This document shows positions 1-9,150 of a stretch of 64,000 bases of DNA, piece by piece. Position 1 is the stretch's first letter, and each line of letters starts with the position of its first letter. The stretch covers positions 7,041 through 71,040 of the forward strand of contig JAVBJR010000595.1 in the NCBI GenBank assembly GCA_031546965.1. Direction: 5' to 3'. This stretch comes from Dysgonomonas sp. Its GTDB lineage: Bacteria; Bacteroidota; Bacteroidia; Bacteroidales; Dysgonomonadaceae. Both the position numbers and the translations under genes were made by a program. A model generated the notes under the pieces. The model made no database searches. It saw only the letters and a list, made by a program, of their open reading frames with translations, and had not been told where the DNA came from.

Positions 1-621
1 CCCTAATGCAATGATTGGAGCCGACATTAGTGCAATATAATAACCATGCAACAAAAGTATTTGAGGTGCAAATAATATGGCTAAAAGTAAGCCTACAACT
101 GCACCTCCCAGGTGAGCTGCATGTCCGATATTTCCTAGAGCTTTTTTCATGCCATAAACCGAATATCCCAGATACAATATACCGAATACCCATCCCGGCA
201 TAGGGATAAAGAAGTAGCTTAGAAGACGATCGGGATTCATTGCTATAGAAGCAAACAAAACGCCACATACACCCCCCGAAGCCCCAATAGCAGTATATAT
301 AGAATCGCGGCGATACATCCACAACGAAAGAAGATTTCCTCCAAAAATAGCAGCTAAATACAGTATTAAAAATTTTACAGCCCCAATATAGTCAACAAGT
401 GAAGGAGCAAAAAAGTACAAGGTTATCATATTGAACAACAGGTGCATAAAGTCTGCATGTAGAAAAGCAGCTGTCAGCATTCTGTCGTATTGTTTCAGTT
501 CGAGGATAGCATAAGTGCTAAACTTATAGCGGTCGAAAAGTTGCCTATTATTAAAACCTATATAGCTGATAACGGCTGTAATAATTATAATTGCAAAAAT
601 CAGAAGATTTCCTAAATCCAT
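1..621 (-). CDS. Rhomboid family intramembrane serine protease (3' end runs off the window)
   Basis: Not in the ORF track because it has no stop in the window. Manual translation from ATG at 621: MDLGNLLIFAIIII...FLHADFMHLLFNM...AIGASGG...GHAAHLGG, containing the rhomboid HxxxN, GxSG and catalytic His motifs. Confidence 0.9.
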   Translation of the reverse strand, partial: MDLGNLLIFAIIIITAVISYIGFNNRQLFDRYKFSTYAILELKQYDRMLTAAFLHADFMHLLFNMITLYFFAPSLVDYIGAVKFLILYLAAIFGGNLLSLWMYRRDSIYTAIGASGGVCGVLFASIAMNPDRLLSYFFIPMPGWVFGILYLGYSVYGMKKALGNIGHAAHLGGAVVGLLLAILFAPQILLLHGYYIALMSAPIIALG

Positions 622-643
622 TTGTATCAATTTTAGTTCGATG

Positions 644-651
644 CAAAAATA
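644..651 (-). promoter_or_regulatory. Bacteroidota sigma-A -7 box (TAnnTTTG) for rhomboid
   Basis: CAAAAATA on + = TATTTTTG on -, about 23 nt upstream of the ATG. Confidence 0.55.
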
Positions 652-768
652 GTATATTATTTGATTATATATGAGAAACAGATTATATCTTTACGGAATA
701 ATACAGTGTAAAATCAGAAGTATTTTTTGCATTAAACTGCAACAGATGGTATCGAACAAAATTTTGTT

Positions 769-776
769 TATCTTTG
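769..776 (+). promoter_or_regulatory. Bacteroidota -7 box for GlsB/YeaQ gene
   Basis: TATCTTTG matches TAnnTTTG. Confidence 0.6.
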
Positions 777-849
777 TTTCAGTTCTTGCGAACTATTTCT
801 TACAAATTGAATGTATATATAATTGTTAATTTAAAAATTTTATTGAATT

Positions 850-1098
850 ATGGACGGAATTATTTGGTCAATAATTATTGGCGTTGCAGCAGGGGCTATT
901 GCCGGTTGGTTAATGAAAGGTAATGGTTTTGGATTTATAATGAACCTCATTGTAGGTCTTATTGGTAGTGTTTTAGGTGGATGGATCTACGGATTATTGG
1001 GCATTACTACAGGCGGTATTTTTGGCGTATTAATTATGTCGGTAGTAGGCGCAGTTGTTTTACTTTGGCTTATATCGCTATTCCGAAAGAAGAAATAA
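850..1098 (+). CDS. GlsB/YeaQ/YmgE (transglycosylase-associated) small membrane protein
   Basis: 82 aa, Gly-rich hydrophobic helices, IIIGxxAGxIAGxLMKG...GFxxNLIVGLIGSxLGG...SVVGAVVLL pattern. Confidence 0.88.
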   Translation: MDGIIWSIIIGVAAGAIAGWLMKGNGFGFIMNLIVGLIGSVLGGWIYGLLGITTGGIFGVLIMSVVGAVVLLWLISLFRKKK

Positions 1099-1155
1099 CA
1101 TAACAGGGAGGCTATCCGAAAAGAGGAATAAGCAACTCCCCAAAAAAAATGGCTG

Positions 1156-1203
1156 GAACTACAAAAACTCCCTGCTCTTCCGGAGAAGGCGTTTTTGTAG
1201 TTT
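1156..1203. repeat. Long hairpin in GC-richer intergenic segment
   Basis: Perfect 12-bp inverted repeat AACTACAAAAAC (1157-1168) / GTTTTTGTAGTT (1191-1202). Confidence 0.6.
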
Positions 1204-1274
1204 CTCTATTTTAGCGAGGGTGTGTTAGGATAAAAAATACCACAATAAATAATTACCGTTATTCGATTAATACA

Positions 1275-1282
1275 TATCTTTG
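1275..1282 (+). promoter_or_regulatory. Bacteroidota -7 box for QC-sufE
   Basis: TATCTTTG; it overlaps the ORF-track TTG start at 1280, which supports the later ATG at 1370. Confidence 0.6.
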
Positions 1283-1293
1283 TTCGAAATTAC

Positions 1294-1358
1294 GTTTACA
1301 AGTTTTTTAGTTTACAAGTTCTCAAGTAGGTCGTGTTTACTCGTCTACTTGTTAACTC
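1294..1358. repeat. Degenerate 7-8 nt tandem repeat array (GTTTAC/GTCTAC/GTTAAC core)
   Basis: GTTTACAAGTT x2, GTTTACTC, GTCTACTT, GTTAACTC in the 5' UTR. Confidence 0.65.
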
Positions 1359-1369
1359 TTTTAATAAAT

Positions 1370-2371
1370 ATGAATATGACTTTTAAATATACTGCTTTAA
1401 CCTGTTTTATGACGAGTCTGTTGGCTTGTTCGTGCGGACAGAAAACTGTAACGAATACACCGGCTGCGACACAAAGTTATCAGCAAGTTTCACCCGATTT
1501 CAATGCAGATAGTGCATACCATTTTGTAGATAAACAAGTGGCGTTTGGACCCCGTGTACCCAATTCGGATGCACACAAAGCTTGTGGCGATTATCTGATG
1601 GAAGAATTAGCACGTTTTGGAGCAAGGGTAACAGAGCAAAAAGCCGATTTAAAAGCATATGACGGAACAATACTACATTCTCGCAACATAATAGGAGCAT
1701 TCAACCCCGAAAAAGCAGAACGTATCCTATTGTTTGCTCATTGGGATACCCGCCCCTTTGCAGATAAAGATCCCGATGCGAAAAATCACCATACACCCAT
1801 ATTAGGTGCTAATGACGGAGCTAGTGGAGTAGGTGCTCTTCTCGAAATTGCCCGTGTACTGCAAACCAAAGCTCCCAATTTAGGGGTTGATATCATCTTC
1901 TTTGATGCCGAGGATAATGGTACTCCCGAATTTGTGACGGACGCTCCTTCGGGCGATTGGTGGTGTTTGGGTTCGCAATACTGGTCTAAAAATCCTCACA
2001 TACCAGGATACAAAGCACGCTTTGGTATTTTGTTCGATATGGTGGGTGCACCCGATGCTACTTTTCTTAAAGAAGCATTATCGGTACAATACGCTGCCGG
2101 TATTGTCGAAAAAGTATGGGGTACAGCTCGAAATTTAGGATACGGAAAATATTTTATAGATAAAAAGGGCGGTGGCATCATTGATGACCATGCTCCTATA
2201 AATGAAAATTTACGCATACCAAGCATCGATATTATTCATACCGATTCTTCTACTGATTCGGGCTTCGGATGGTATCATCATACCACAAAGGATGATATGA
2301 ACAATATCAGTAAAGAAACACTCAAAGCTGTTGGACAAACAGTTTTAGAGGTAGTGTATAAGGAGAAATAA
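1370..2371 (+). CDS. M28-family lipoprotein, probable type II glutaminyl-peptide cyclotransferase (QC)
   Basis: Lipobox LLAC/CSC. M28 motifs AHWDTRP, GANDGASG, FDAED, FDMVG, DDH, YHHT are typical of Bacteroidota QCs. Start moved from 1280 to ATG 1370. Confidence 0.8.
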   Translation: MNMTFKYTALTCFMTSLLACSCGQKTVTNTPAATQSYQQVSPDFNADSAYHFVDKQVAFGPRVPNSDAHKACGDYLMEELARFGARVTEQKADLKAYDGTILHSRNIIGAFNPEKAERILLFAHWDTRPFADKDPDAKNHHTPILGANDGASGVGALLEIARVLQTKAPNLGVDIIFFDAEDNGTPEFVTDAPSGDWWCLGSQYWSKNPHIPGYKARFGILFDMVGAPDATFLKEALSVQYAAGIVEKVWGTARNLGYGKYFIDKKGGGIIDDHAPINENLRIPSIDIIHTDSSTDSGFGWYHHTTKDDMNNISKETLKAVGQTVLEVVYKEK

Positions 2372-2376
2372 TCAAA

Positions 2377-2430
2377 GAGTAAACGAGTTTACAACTCTTG
2401 TTTACTAGTTTACTTGTCTACCAGTTTACT
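2377..2430. repeat. Degenerate heptamer-type array between QC and sufE
   Basis: GAGTAAAC GAGTTTAC ... TTGTTTAC TAGTTTAC TTGTCTAC CAGTTTAC. Confidence 0.7.
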
Positions 2431-2439
2431 TATAAAAAA

Positions 2440-2871
2440 ATGAACCAAACAAAAATAAACGACATACAGGACGAAATAATAGAAGAATTCTCGATATTCG
2501 AAGATTGGATGGATAAATACGCCTATCTGATAGAATTGGGAAATTCACTAGAACCACTGAACGAAAAATACAAAGTAGAATTGAACCTCATACAAGGCTG
2601 TCAAAGCCGTGTGTGGTTGCAAGCCGATTACGAAGCCGGTGTAATTACCTACAAAGCCGAAAGTGATGCTGTAATTGTAAAAGGAATTATAGCCCTGCTT
2701 ATAAGAGTTTTAACAAATCATACCCCCGACGAAATAATAAATACCGATCTGTATTTTATAAATAAAATAGGACTGAATGAGCATCTTTCGCCCACCCGAT
2801 CCAACGGTTTGGTTTCGATGGTGAAGCAAATGCGATTCTATGCAATGGCATTCAAAGCAAAAAATTCTTGA
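2440..2871 (+). CDS. sufE: SufE family Fe-S cluster sulfur acceptor
   Basis: WMDKYAYLIELG, IQGCQSRVW (active Cys), SDAVIVKG, LSPTRSNGL. ATG at 2440 follows an A-rich leader. Confidence 0.93.
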   Translation: MNQTKINDIQDEIIEEFSIFEDWMDKYAYLIELGNSLEPLNEKYKVELNLIQGCQSRVWLQADYEAGVITYKAESDAVIVKGIIALLIRVLTNHTPDEIINTDLYFINKIGLNEHLSPTRSNGLVSMVKQMRFYAMAFKAKNS

Positions 2872-2895
2872 TAGACATAAAATTTTGAAGTGATA

Positions 2896-2930
2896 AGCAG
2901 AGGTCTTTTTAGACTTCTGCTATTTTTTTT
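2896..2930 (+). terminator. Rho-independent terminator after sufE
   Basis: AGCAGAGGTC / GACTTCTGCT stem followed by a T-run. Confidence 0.75.
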
Positions 2931-2984
2931 ATACATTTGCTTATATCGGAACTCGATGTGTAATCCAGTACTAAAAAAGTATGT

Positions 2985-5525
2985 ATGACAAAGTCTAAGT
3001 TTTATTTTATCCTCACTTGCCTGCTTGTTTGCCAAGCGGTATTCTCTCAGCAAACTATCACTTTAAAAAGATTGTATTCGACAGGTAAATTCTACGATAT
3101 AGAAAAGCCTGTAATGGTTGATTCTGTGAATATGAAAGGAAACAAGTTTGAGAATAAAGACATTCTCGAATCATTTATATCGTTTCCCGATCAGGCATCT
3201 TTTATAGAAGAACTAAAACCCGATTTGTCTAATTACTTTTTTGTAGGCAAAGCCCAAAGAGGTGCGAGGTTTCATCTGTTGTCTTTTAGATTGAATGTAG
3301 ACAAGTACGCAAAAACCAATTTGAGAATAACAGCTCCAAGTATGTTCGAAGCTTATATCAATGGTAACAAAGAGACTTCAAAAACCTCGATAGAAGATAC
3401 TCTGTTGACTGCTAAGACCGTAAAACTCAATTTTCCGGCTAGTCCCGGCACATACACCATACTTATCAAATATATGAGTTTGGCATCCAATAAAAGCCCC
3501 GAAGGAATAAAAATAACGATAGAACCCGAAGACAAAAAATCGACTGTAAATTATACATTTGATGCTCTAAATAAACGAAACATCACCATAAAAGATATTT
3601 TGGAGGGCACACGTGTAACATCGTCCTCTATTTCGCCCAATGGGCAGTACATTCTGTTGAATTACACAACTACAAAAAATGATGGTAAAACGTTCACATC
3701 CAAAGAGCTTCTGTCTTTGAAGACCAATAAACGGGTTGCCCTGTCAGACAATAATAAATATGATTGGTTGCCAACATCCAATAAACTCTATTACACAGAC
3801 AATACCGGCGGCGATATAAAATTGATGGTTGTTGATCCCGAAACAATGGAAGAACAGGTACTAGCCAATAAAATTCCCACAGGTGATTTTCAAATTGCAC
3901 CCAATGAGCAATACTTGATATATACCGATCGGGAGGTTGGCGATGCTCCAAAGGGAGACCTTATTTTATTGACAAGTCCCGACAGCCGTCAGCCGAACAA
4001 TAGTGATAGGTATTTTTTGTCTCGTTACGACTTATTATTAGGAATAAAACAGCGATTGACATTCGGAAAACATTCTACCACGTTGAACGATATTAGTCAC
4101 GATTCGCGTTATCTCCTATATTCGGTAACAGAATACACTCCAACGGTACGCCCGTTTTTTCAGACATCTATGTACAGGCTCGATGTGCAAACTTTAGCTG
4201 TAGATACATTGTGGGCAAATGAAGGCTTTGCAAATACAGCATCATTTTCGCCCGATGGAAAAAGCGTTCTTATCGGTGGTTCAGCAGAAGCTTTCAAGGG
4301 GATCGGACAAAATATAAAGGTCGGACAAATAGCCAATAGTTATAATGGTATGGCTTTTGTTATGGACATCGCAAGCCGCAAAGTAGAAGCCGTAGGACGC
4401 GATTTTAATCCTGCCATCAATAAATCGTATTGGAATACTGCGGACGGAATGATCTATTTTTCGGTAACAGATAAAGATTACGAAAGAATCTACAAATACG
4501 ATCCCAAGCAAAAGCAGTTCAGCCTACTGCCTTTGAGTGAAGATGTAATCCGTTCGATCTCTTTTGCAAATATGAGTCCGTCTGCCACTTATTTCGGAGT
4601 GAGCCTTTCTAATTCTACACGGGCTTATGCGTTGGATCTCAAGAGCCAGCGTTCGACATTGGTTGCCGATCCATTTAAAGACAAGCTAAGTATTTTGAAT
4701 TTGGGTAAAGTCGAAGACTGGAGTTTTACCGCTTCTGATGGAACAACCATCGACGGGCGATACTATCTACCGCCTAATTTTGACCCTTCCAAAAAATACC
4801 CGATGATTGTGTATTATTATGCCGGAACTATACCTACCCCTCGAGCTTTGGAGTCTCCATACCCATTGCAAGTATATGCCGCGTTGGGATACGTGGTATA
4901 TACACTTCAACCGAGTGGAACAACGGGGTATGGGCAGGAATTTGCCGCTCGTCACGTAAATGCGTGGGGCAAACGTACTGCTGATGATATTATAGAAGGA
5001 ACTAAAAAATTTATGACGGATCATCCGTTTGTAAATACCAATAAAATAGGATGTATAGGTGCTTCGTATGGTGGATTTATGACCCTGTATCTTCAAACTC
5101 AAACCGACCTGTTTACGGCAGCAGTATCTCATGCAGGTATAAGCTCTATAGCCGGTTATTGGGGTGAAGGTTATTGGGGATATACTTACAGCTCGGGAGC
5201 AAGCGCAAATAGTTATCCGTGGAATAATCCTGAATTGTATGTTGGACAAAGTCCACTTTTTCAAGCTGATAAGGTGAAAACGCCTATCCTGTTATTACAC
5301 GGAACGGATGATACCAATGTACCAATTGGCGAAAGTATGCAGATGTATACCGCCCTTAAAATATTGGGCAAGCCGGTTGAATTTATTCAGGTGAAAGGCG
5401 AAAACCACGGGATCAAGGACTATAAAAAACGTATCGAATGGAATAACTCTATCTATGCTTGGTTTGCAAAATGGTTGCAAGACGATTCGTCGTGGTGGAA
5501 CAGTATGTACCCCAAACAAGATTAG
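2985..5525 (+). CDS. S9 family prolyl oligopeptidase / acylaminoacyl peptidase, secreted
   Basis: Signal peptide, beta-propeller region, catalytic triad motifs GASYGG, GTDDTNV, ENHG. Confidence 0.9.
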   Translation: MTKSKFYFILTCLLVCQAVFSQQTITLKRLYSTGKFYDIEKPVMVDSVNMKGNKFENKDILESFISFPDQASFIEELKPDLSNYFFVGKAQRGARFHLLSFRLNVDKYAKTNLRITAPSMFEAYINGNKETSKTSIEDTLLTAKTVKLNFPASPGTYTILIKYMSLASNKSPEGIKITIEPEDKKSTVNYTFDALNKRNITIKDILEGTRVTSSSISPNGQYILLNYTTTKNDGKTFTSKELLSLKTNKRVALSDNNKYDWLPTSNKLYYTDNTGGDIKLMVVDPETMEEQVLANKIPTGDFQIAPNEQYLIYTDREVGDAPKGDLILLTSPDSRQPNNSDRYFLSRYDLLLGIKQRLTFGKHSTTLNDISHDSRYLLYSVTEYTPTVRPFFQTSMYRLDVQTLAVDTLWANEGFANTASFSPDGKSVLIGGSAEAFKGIGQNIKVGQIANSYNGMAFVMDIASRKVEAVGRDFNPAINKSYWNTADGMIYFSVTDKDYERIYKYDPKQKQFSLLPLSEDVIRSISFANMSPSATYFGVSLSNSTRAYALDLKSQRSTLVADPFKDKLSILNLGKVEDWSFTASDGTTIDGRYYLPPNFDPSKKYPMIVYYYAGTIPTPRALESPYPLQVYAALGYVVYTLQPSGTTGYGQEFAARHVNAWGKRTADDIIEGTKKFMTDHPFVNTNKIGCIGASYGGFMTLYLQTQTDLFTAAVSHAGISSIAGYWGEGYWGYTYSSGASANSYPWNNPELYVGQSPLFQADKVKTPILLLHGTDDTNVPIGESMQMYTALKILGKPVEFIQVKGENHGIKDYKKRIEWNNSIYAWFAKWLQDDSSWWNSMYPKQD

Positions 5526-5592
5526 TGGTATGTTCGCAATGACGACATAAAATACACCTTTTGCCCCACTCTACACTAAAACAACTATCTTA

Positions 5593-6651
5593 ATGAACGC
5601 ATCATTTATAGCAAATCTTCGCCTCAACAACCAACTTCTGATGGGATCGGATCTCAAAACACCTCAAGAGGTTGTATCGTGGATGGGAGCCATTCAAGCA
5701 CAAGATTTCAATATGGCAAAATGGGCTTTAGGAGTGCGTTTGCCCCTATTGACCAATAAGTTGGTAGAAGATGCCTTAAATAATGGACAGATTGTACGAA
5801 CTCATATATTGCGCCCCACATGGCATTTAGTAGCCGGAGAAGACATTCATTGGATGCTGGGTTTATCGGCTCCCCGATTGATGTCGATAATGAGGGGGTA
5901 CGCCAAAGCGGTAAACCTCACCGAAGCCACTATCGAAAAAGGATGCGATATCATCGGGCAATCATTGAGCCAGGAGGGACATTTAACCCGACCTCAATTG
6001 GGTGAAGCATTGAAGCGTAAAGGTATCGAATTGGCAAGTCTACACCAATTGACCCATTTGATGTTTGCGGCAGAGTTGGCAGGAATAGTTTGCAATGGGG
6101 AGATAAAAAACGACAAGCAAACTTATTATTTATTAGAAGAGAAAATACCCAAGACCGAAATATTCGATAGAAATACAGCTTTAGAAAGATTGGCTCGAAA
6201 GTACTTCACAAGCCATGCTCCTGCCACCTTGTCCGATTTTGTTTGGTGGTCGGGCTTAACGGTTACGGATGCAAAGGCGGCTATGGAAATGATTAAGCAC
6301 GATTTTGTTATCGAAACAATAGACTCGCAACCCTATTGGATTAATAATTCTTTTGCTGAACGAAAAAATAGCGATGATTCTCTGGTCTTATTACCTGCTT
6401 GGGACGAATTTGTTGTCAGCTACAAAAACAGGCAGCATATTGTTTTAGACGAGCATTATAAGAAAGTGATTTCCATAAATGGCATCTTCAAACCGGTGAT
6501 TGTTAAAGACGGACAAATTATCGGCATGTGGAAAAGGGTTAAGAAGAAAGGCAAAGTAATTGCACAATTGGAACTGTTTGATGATACCGATAATTCTACA
6601 AAAAACTTAATAGAAAAAGCGTGTCATTCATTTGATTTGTTTCATAGCTAA
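5593..6651 (+). CDS. HTH_42 winged-helix protein, AlkZ/YcaQ-family DNA glycosylase
   Basis: MGAIQAQD catalytic-type motif, RTHILRPTWH, ATLSDFVWWSGL, LLPAWDE, FKPVIVKDGQIIGMW. Confidence 0.8.
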   Translation: MNASFIANLRLNNQLLMGSDLKTPQEVVSWMGAIQAQDFNMAKWALGVRLPLLTNKLVEDALNNGQIVRTHILRPTWHLVAGEDIHWMLGLSAPRLMSIMRGYAKAVNLTEATIEKGCDIIGQSLSQEGHLTRPQLGEALKRKGIELASLHQLTHLMFAAELAGIVCNGEIKNDKQTYYLLEEKIPKTEIFDRNTALERLARKYFTSHAPATLSDFVWWSGLTVTDAKAAMEMIKHDFVIETIDSQPYWINNSFAERKNSDDSLVLLPAWDEFVVSYKNRQHIVLDEHYKKVISINGIFKPVIVKDGQIIGMWKRVKKKGKVIAQLELFDDTDNSTKNLIEKACHSFDLFHS

Positions 6652-6683
6652 CTCCTCCCCTTTGGGGAGGTTGGGTAGGGCTT
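6652..6683. repeat. Half copy of the CCCTCTCC-type palindromic repeat
   Basis: CTCCTCCCCTTTGGGGAGGTTGGGTAGGG between convergent genes; resembles the right arms at 17115-17147 and 47785-47817. Confidence 0.55.
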
Positions 6684-6686
6684 CTC

Positions 6687-6917
6687 TCACGGCACAGGAT
6701 CAAACCCATGACCACCCCACGGATGGCAGCGTGATATACGTTTCATAGCCAACCAAGTACCTTTTATCGGTCCATATTTTTTTACAGCCAATACCGCATA
6801 TTCCGAACAAGTGGGGGCATAGCGGCAAGTGGGAGGCTTGAGCGGTGAAATACAATATCGATAAAAATAGATCGGTATAAGTACTATGTAAGATAGTATT
6901 TTACGAATTGCTTTCAC
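6687..6917 (-). CDS. yidD: Membrane protein insertion efficiency factor YidD
   Basis: YRYCISP...[11 protein letters not shown]...[23 protein letters not shown]. Confidence 0.95.
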   Translation of the reverse strand: MKAIRKILSYIVLIPIYFYRYCISPLKPPTCRYAPTCSEYAVLAVKKYGPIKGTWLAMKRISRCHPWGGHGFDPVP

Positions 6918-7332
6918 TTTTTGTTTCCGGTTGATTCTTTCCGTTCAATGTATTTATGGTCTTCAATATTGCCTTCTCTATTTCTGCATAAGTAGGTAAT
7001 TCGCTTTTCAAATAGAGGAATGCAATATCAAACGATTTGCCCGATTGAGTGGCAAAGTCTATAAAATCTTTTTTATTCAATCTATATACTTCTCTGATTA
7101 AGCGTTTTACCCGATTTCTTTTTACAGCACGTTTGAAGCGCTTCTTCGAAACACTCGTTAATATCGAGATTGTTGGCTGTTCTCCCTCCCCCTCGTTTTC
7201 GCGAACCATATAGACCACCCTCAAAGGATATGCTATAAAAGAACTGCCACCTGCAAAAAGAGCTTCTATTCTTTTTTCGGCATAAAGCCTTTCGTCTTTC
7301 GAAAGCGTATATTGATTTTTTATTTCAGTCAT
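6901..7332 (-). CDS. rnpA: Ribonuclease P protein component
   Basis: [29 protein letters not shown] (RNR motif); overlaps the yidD start by 17 nt. Confidence 0.95.
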   Translation of the reverse strand: MTEIKNQYTLSKDERLYAEKRIEALFAGGSSFIAYPLRVVYMVRENEGEGEQPTISILTSVSKKRFKRAVKRNRVKRLIREVYRLNKKDFIDFATQSGKSFDIAFLYLKSELPTYAEIEKAILKTINTLNGKNQPETKSESNS

Positions 7333-7563
7333 TTAGTACTTTTTGGGCATCACCTTGCAAAGATACGTTTTTTAGTGATGTATTTAACCTGGTAGATACA
7401 CATTACATACGTCTGAAAAATACAATATTGTAAAGGTAACGCAAGTATTATGTCTCTACGGCACAATTGTGTTTATAAATTATAGTGATAAAGGTTTTAA
7501 TAAATTTATATTTCTGAAAGAGTAAAAAAAACTGTATTTTTGTCAATTGAATAGACAAATAGG

Positions 7564-8055
7564 ATGGCAGATACAATCACATGGCAAGCAGATTATTTTA
7601 AGGATTTAGATATTTATAAGCTATACAATTTACTTTATTTGCGTGCCGAAGTATTTGTAGTAGAACAAATATGCCCCTATTTAGATCCTGATAATAAAGA
7701 CTACAAAGCTCTGCATCTGCAAGGCTATGTAGGCGAAAAATTGGTTGCGTATTGCCGATTATTTAAGCCCGGCGACTATTTCAAAGAAGCATCCATCGGT
7801 AGGGTTGTTGTAGCTGCCGATTACCGCAAATACGGTTATGGACATCAATTAATGGCAAAGGCAATAGAACTTCAAGCATCATTATTAAGGGAAACAAAAA
7901 TAACCATATCGGCTCAATTGTACTTGAAGAAATTTTACGAAAGTCATGGTTTTATACAAACTTCGGACGTTTATCCCGAAGACGATATCCCCCATATAGA
8001 AATGAAACTGGAACGGAATTTTCTTAAAAGCAATAAACAAAACTCGTTGTTTTAA
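7564..8055 (+). CDS. ElaA-family GNAT N-acetyltransferase
   Basis: LYNLLYLRAEVFVVEQICPYLDPD, IGRVVV, ISAQLYLKKFYESHGF, EDDIPHIEM. Confidence 0.9.
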   Translation: MADTITWQADYFKDLDIYKLYNLLYLRAEVFVVEQICPYLDPDNKDYKALHLQGYVGEKLVAYCRLFKPGDYFKEASIGRVVVAADYRKYGYGHQLMAKAIELQASLLRETKITISAQLYLKKFYESHGFIQTSDVYPEDDIPHIEMKLERNFLKSNKQNSLF

Positions 8056-8067
8056 AAAATTATACAT

Positions 8068-9138
8068 ATGGATTATATTGATATAAAAGGATATAAGTCG
8101 ATAAAAGACCTCCACTTGGAACTGAAGCCCATAAATGTTCTGATTGGGGCAAATGGTGCAGGGAAGAGTAATTTTCTTTCTTTCTTTGAATTATTAAACC
8201 GATTATATAACCAAAAACTTAATCCTTATATAGGGCTGAAAGGAGGGGCAGATAAAATTCTTCACAAAGGGAGTAAAATCTCAACAAAAATATATGCCAA
8301 AATACAATTTGGATTAAATGGCTATTCTTTCGAAATTGAGAATGGAGATGATGGTTTTATTTTCACCCAAGAAGGTGTCTGGTATGATCGTAATCCATTT
8401 ATGGAAAATCCTACCAATATTTGTACTGGAAAAGATGAGGCATCAATAAAAGATCAAGCTTACCCTACGCGTGTAATATACACAAAAGAATATCTTAAAT
8501 CTTTTGTTAAATATCATTTTCATGATACTGGTACAAATTCTCCTTTTACAAAAATGAGTCATATTGAAAATGATGTATATTTTTTATACGAAAGAGGAGA
8601 AAATTTAGCAGCTTTTTTATATACCATAAAGCTAAAACAGCCCATAATATATCGAAGAATCATAGAAACAATTCAAAGTGTAGCTCCATTTTTTTCAGAT
8701 TTCTACTTGGAGCCTAATGAAGAAAAATTAGTTAGATTACAATGGCAAGACCAGTATTCTTCTACAGTATATGGAGCTACCGATTTTTCAGATGGAACTT
8801 TGCGTTTTATTGCTCTCTCTGTTTTATTCTTGCAGCCTAATCCTCCAACTGTAATTGTAATCGACGAACCTGAATTGGGTTTACACCCCTTTGCCATAGA
8901 TAAACTATCGGGACTTATCCAATCTGTAGCTAACAGAAAGATTCAGACGATAATATCGACACAGTCAGTGGAGCTAGTTAACTGTTTTACCCCTGAAGAC
9001 ATAATTGCTGTGGATAATATCAATGGGGAATCTCTATTTGAAAGATTAGATTCAAATAAACTAAAGGTTTGGATGGATGATTATGCGATTGGAGATATGT
9101 GGAGGCAGAATATTCTGAGTAAAGGATTTCCTAATTAA
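8068..9138 (+). CDS. ABC-type AAA ATPase (AAA_21-like, predicted ATPase)
   Basis: Walker A GANGAGKS, signature FSDGT, Walker B/D-loop IVIDEPELGLHP; visibly AT-richer than its neighbours. Confidence 0.88.
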   Translation: MDYIDIKGYKSIKDLHLELKPINVLIGANGAGKSNFLSFFELLNRLYNQKLNPYIGLKGGADKILHKGSKISTKIYAKIQFGLNGYSFEIENGDDGFIFTQEGVWYDRNPFMENPTNICTGKDEASIKDQAYPTRVIYTKEYLKSFVKYHFHDTGTNSPFTKMSHIENDVYFLYERGENLAAFLYTIKLKQPIIYRRIIETIQSVAPFFSDFYLEPNEEKLVRLQWQDQYSSTVYGATDFSDGTLRFIALSVLFLQPNPPTVIVIDEPELGLHPFAIDKLSGLIQSVANRKIQTIISTQSVELVNCFTPEDIIAVDNINGESLFERLDSNKLKVWMDDYAIGDMWRQNILSKGFPN

Positions 9139-9150
9139 TAATTTGCATCC

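Noticed and set aside
15-203. 62-aa + strand ORF at the window start
   Set aside because: Antisense shadow of the rhomboid gene (1-621, -), which has clear family motifs.
1280-1369. N-terminal extension of the QC ORF from TTG 1280 (likewise 2398 for sufE, 18670 for gldH, 55770 for the small ORF)
   Set aside because: Extensions run through promoter boxes, repeat arrays or the upstream gene; the downstream ATGs give proper signal peptides or family N-termini.
4767-5264. 165-aa antisense ORF inside the S9 peptidase
   Set aside because: No recognisable motif; fully overlaps a well-supported gene.
7441-7475. GTCTCTAC...GCACAATTGTG in the rnpA-GNAT spacer as another REP
   Set aside because: Only a partial match with no complete palindrome; at best a decayed copy.
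8950-8970. ATPase H-loop reads STQS instead of STHS, suggesting inactivity
   Set aside because: Gln at this position is, as I recall, common in this ATPase family; Walker A, Walker B and signature are intact.
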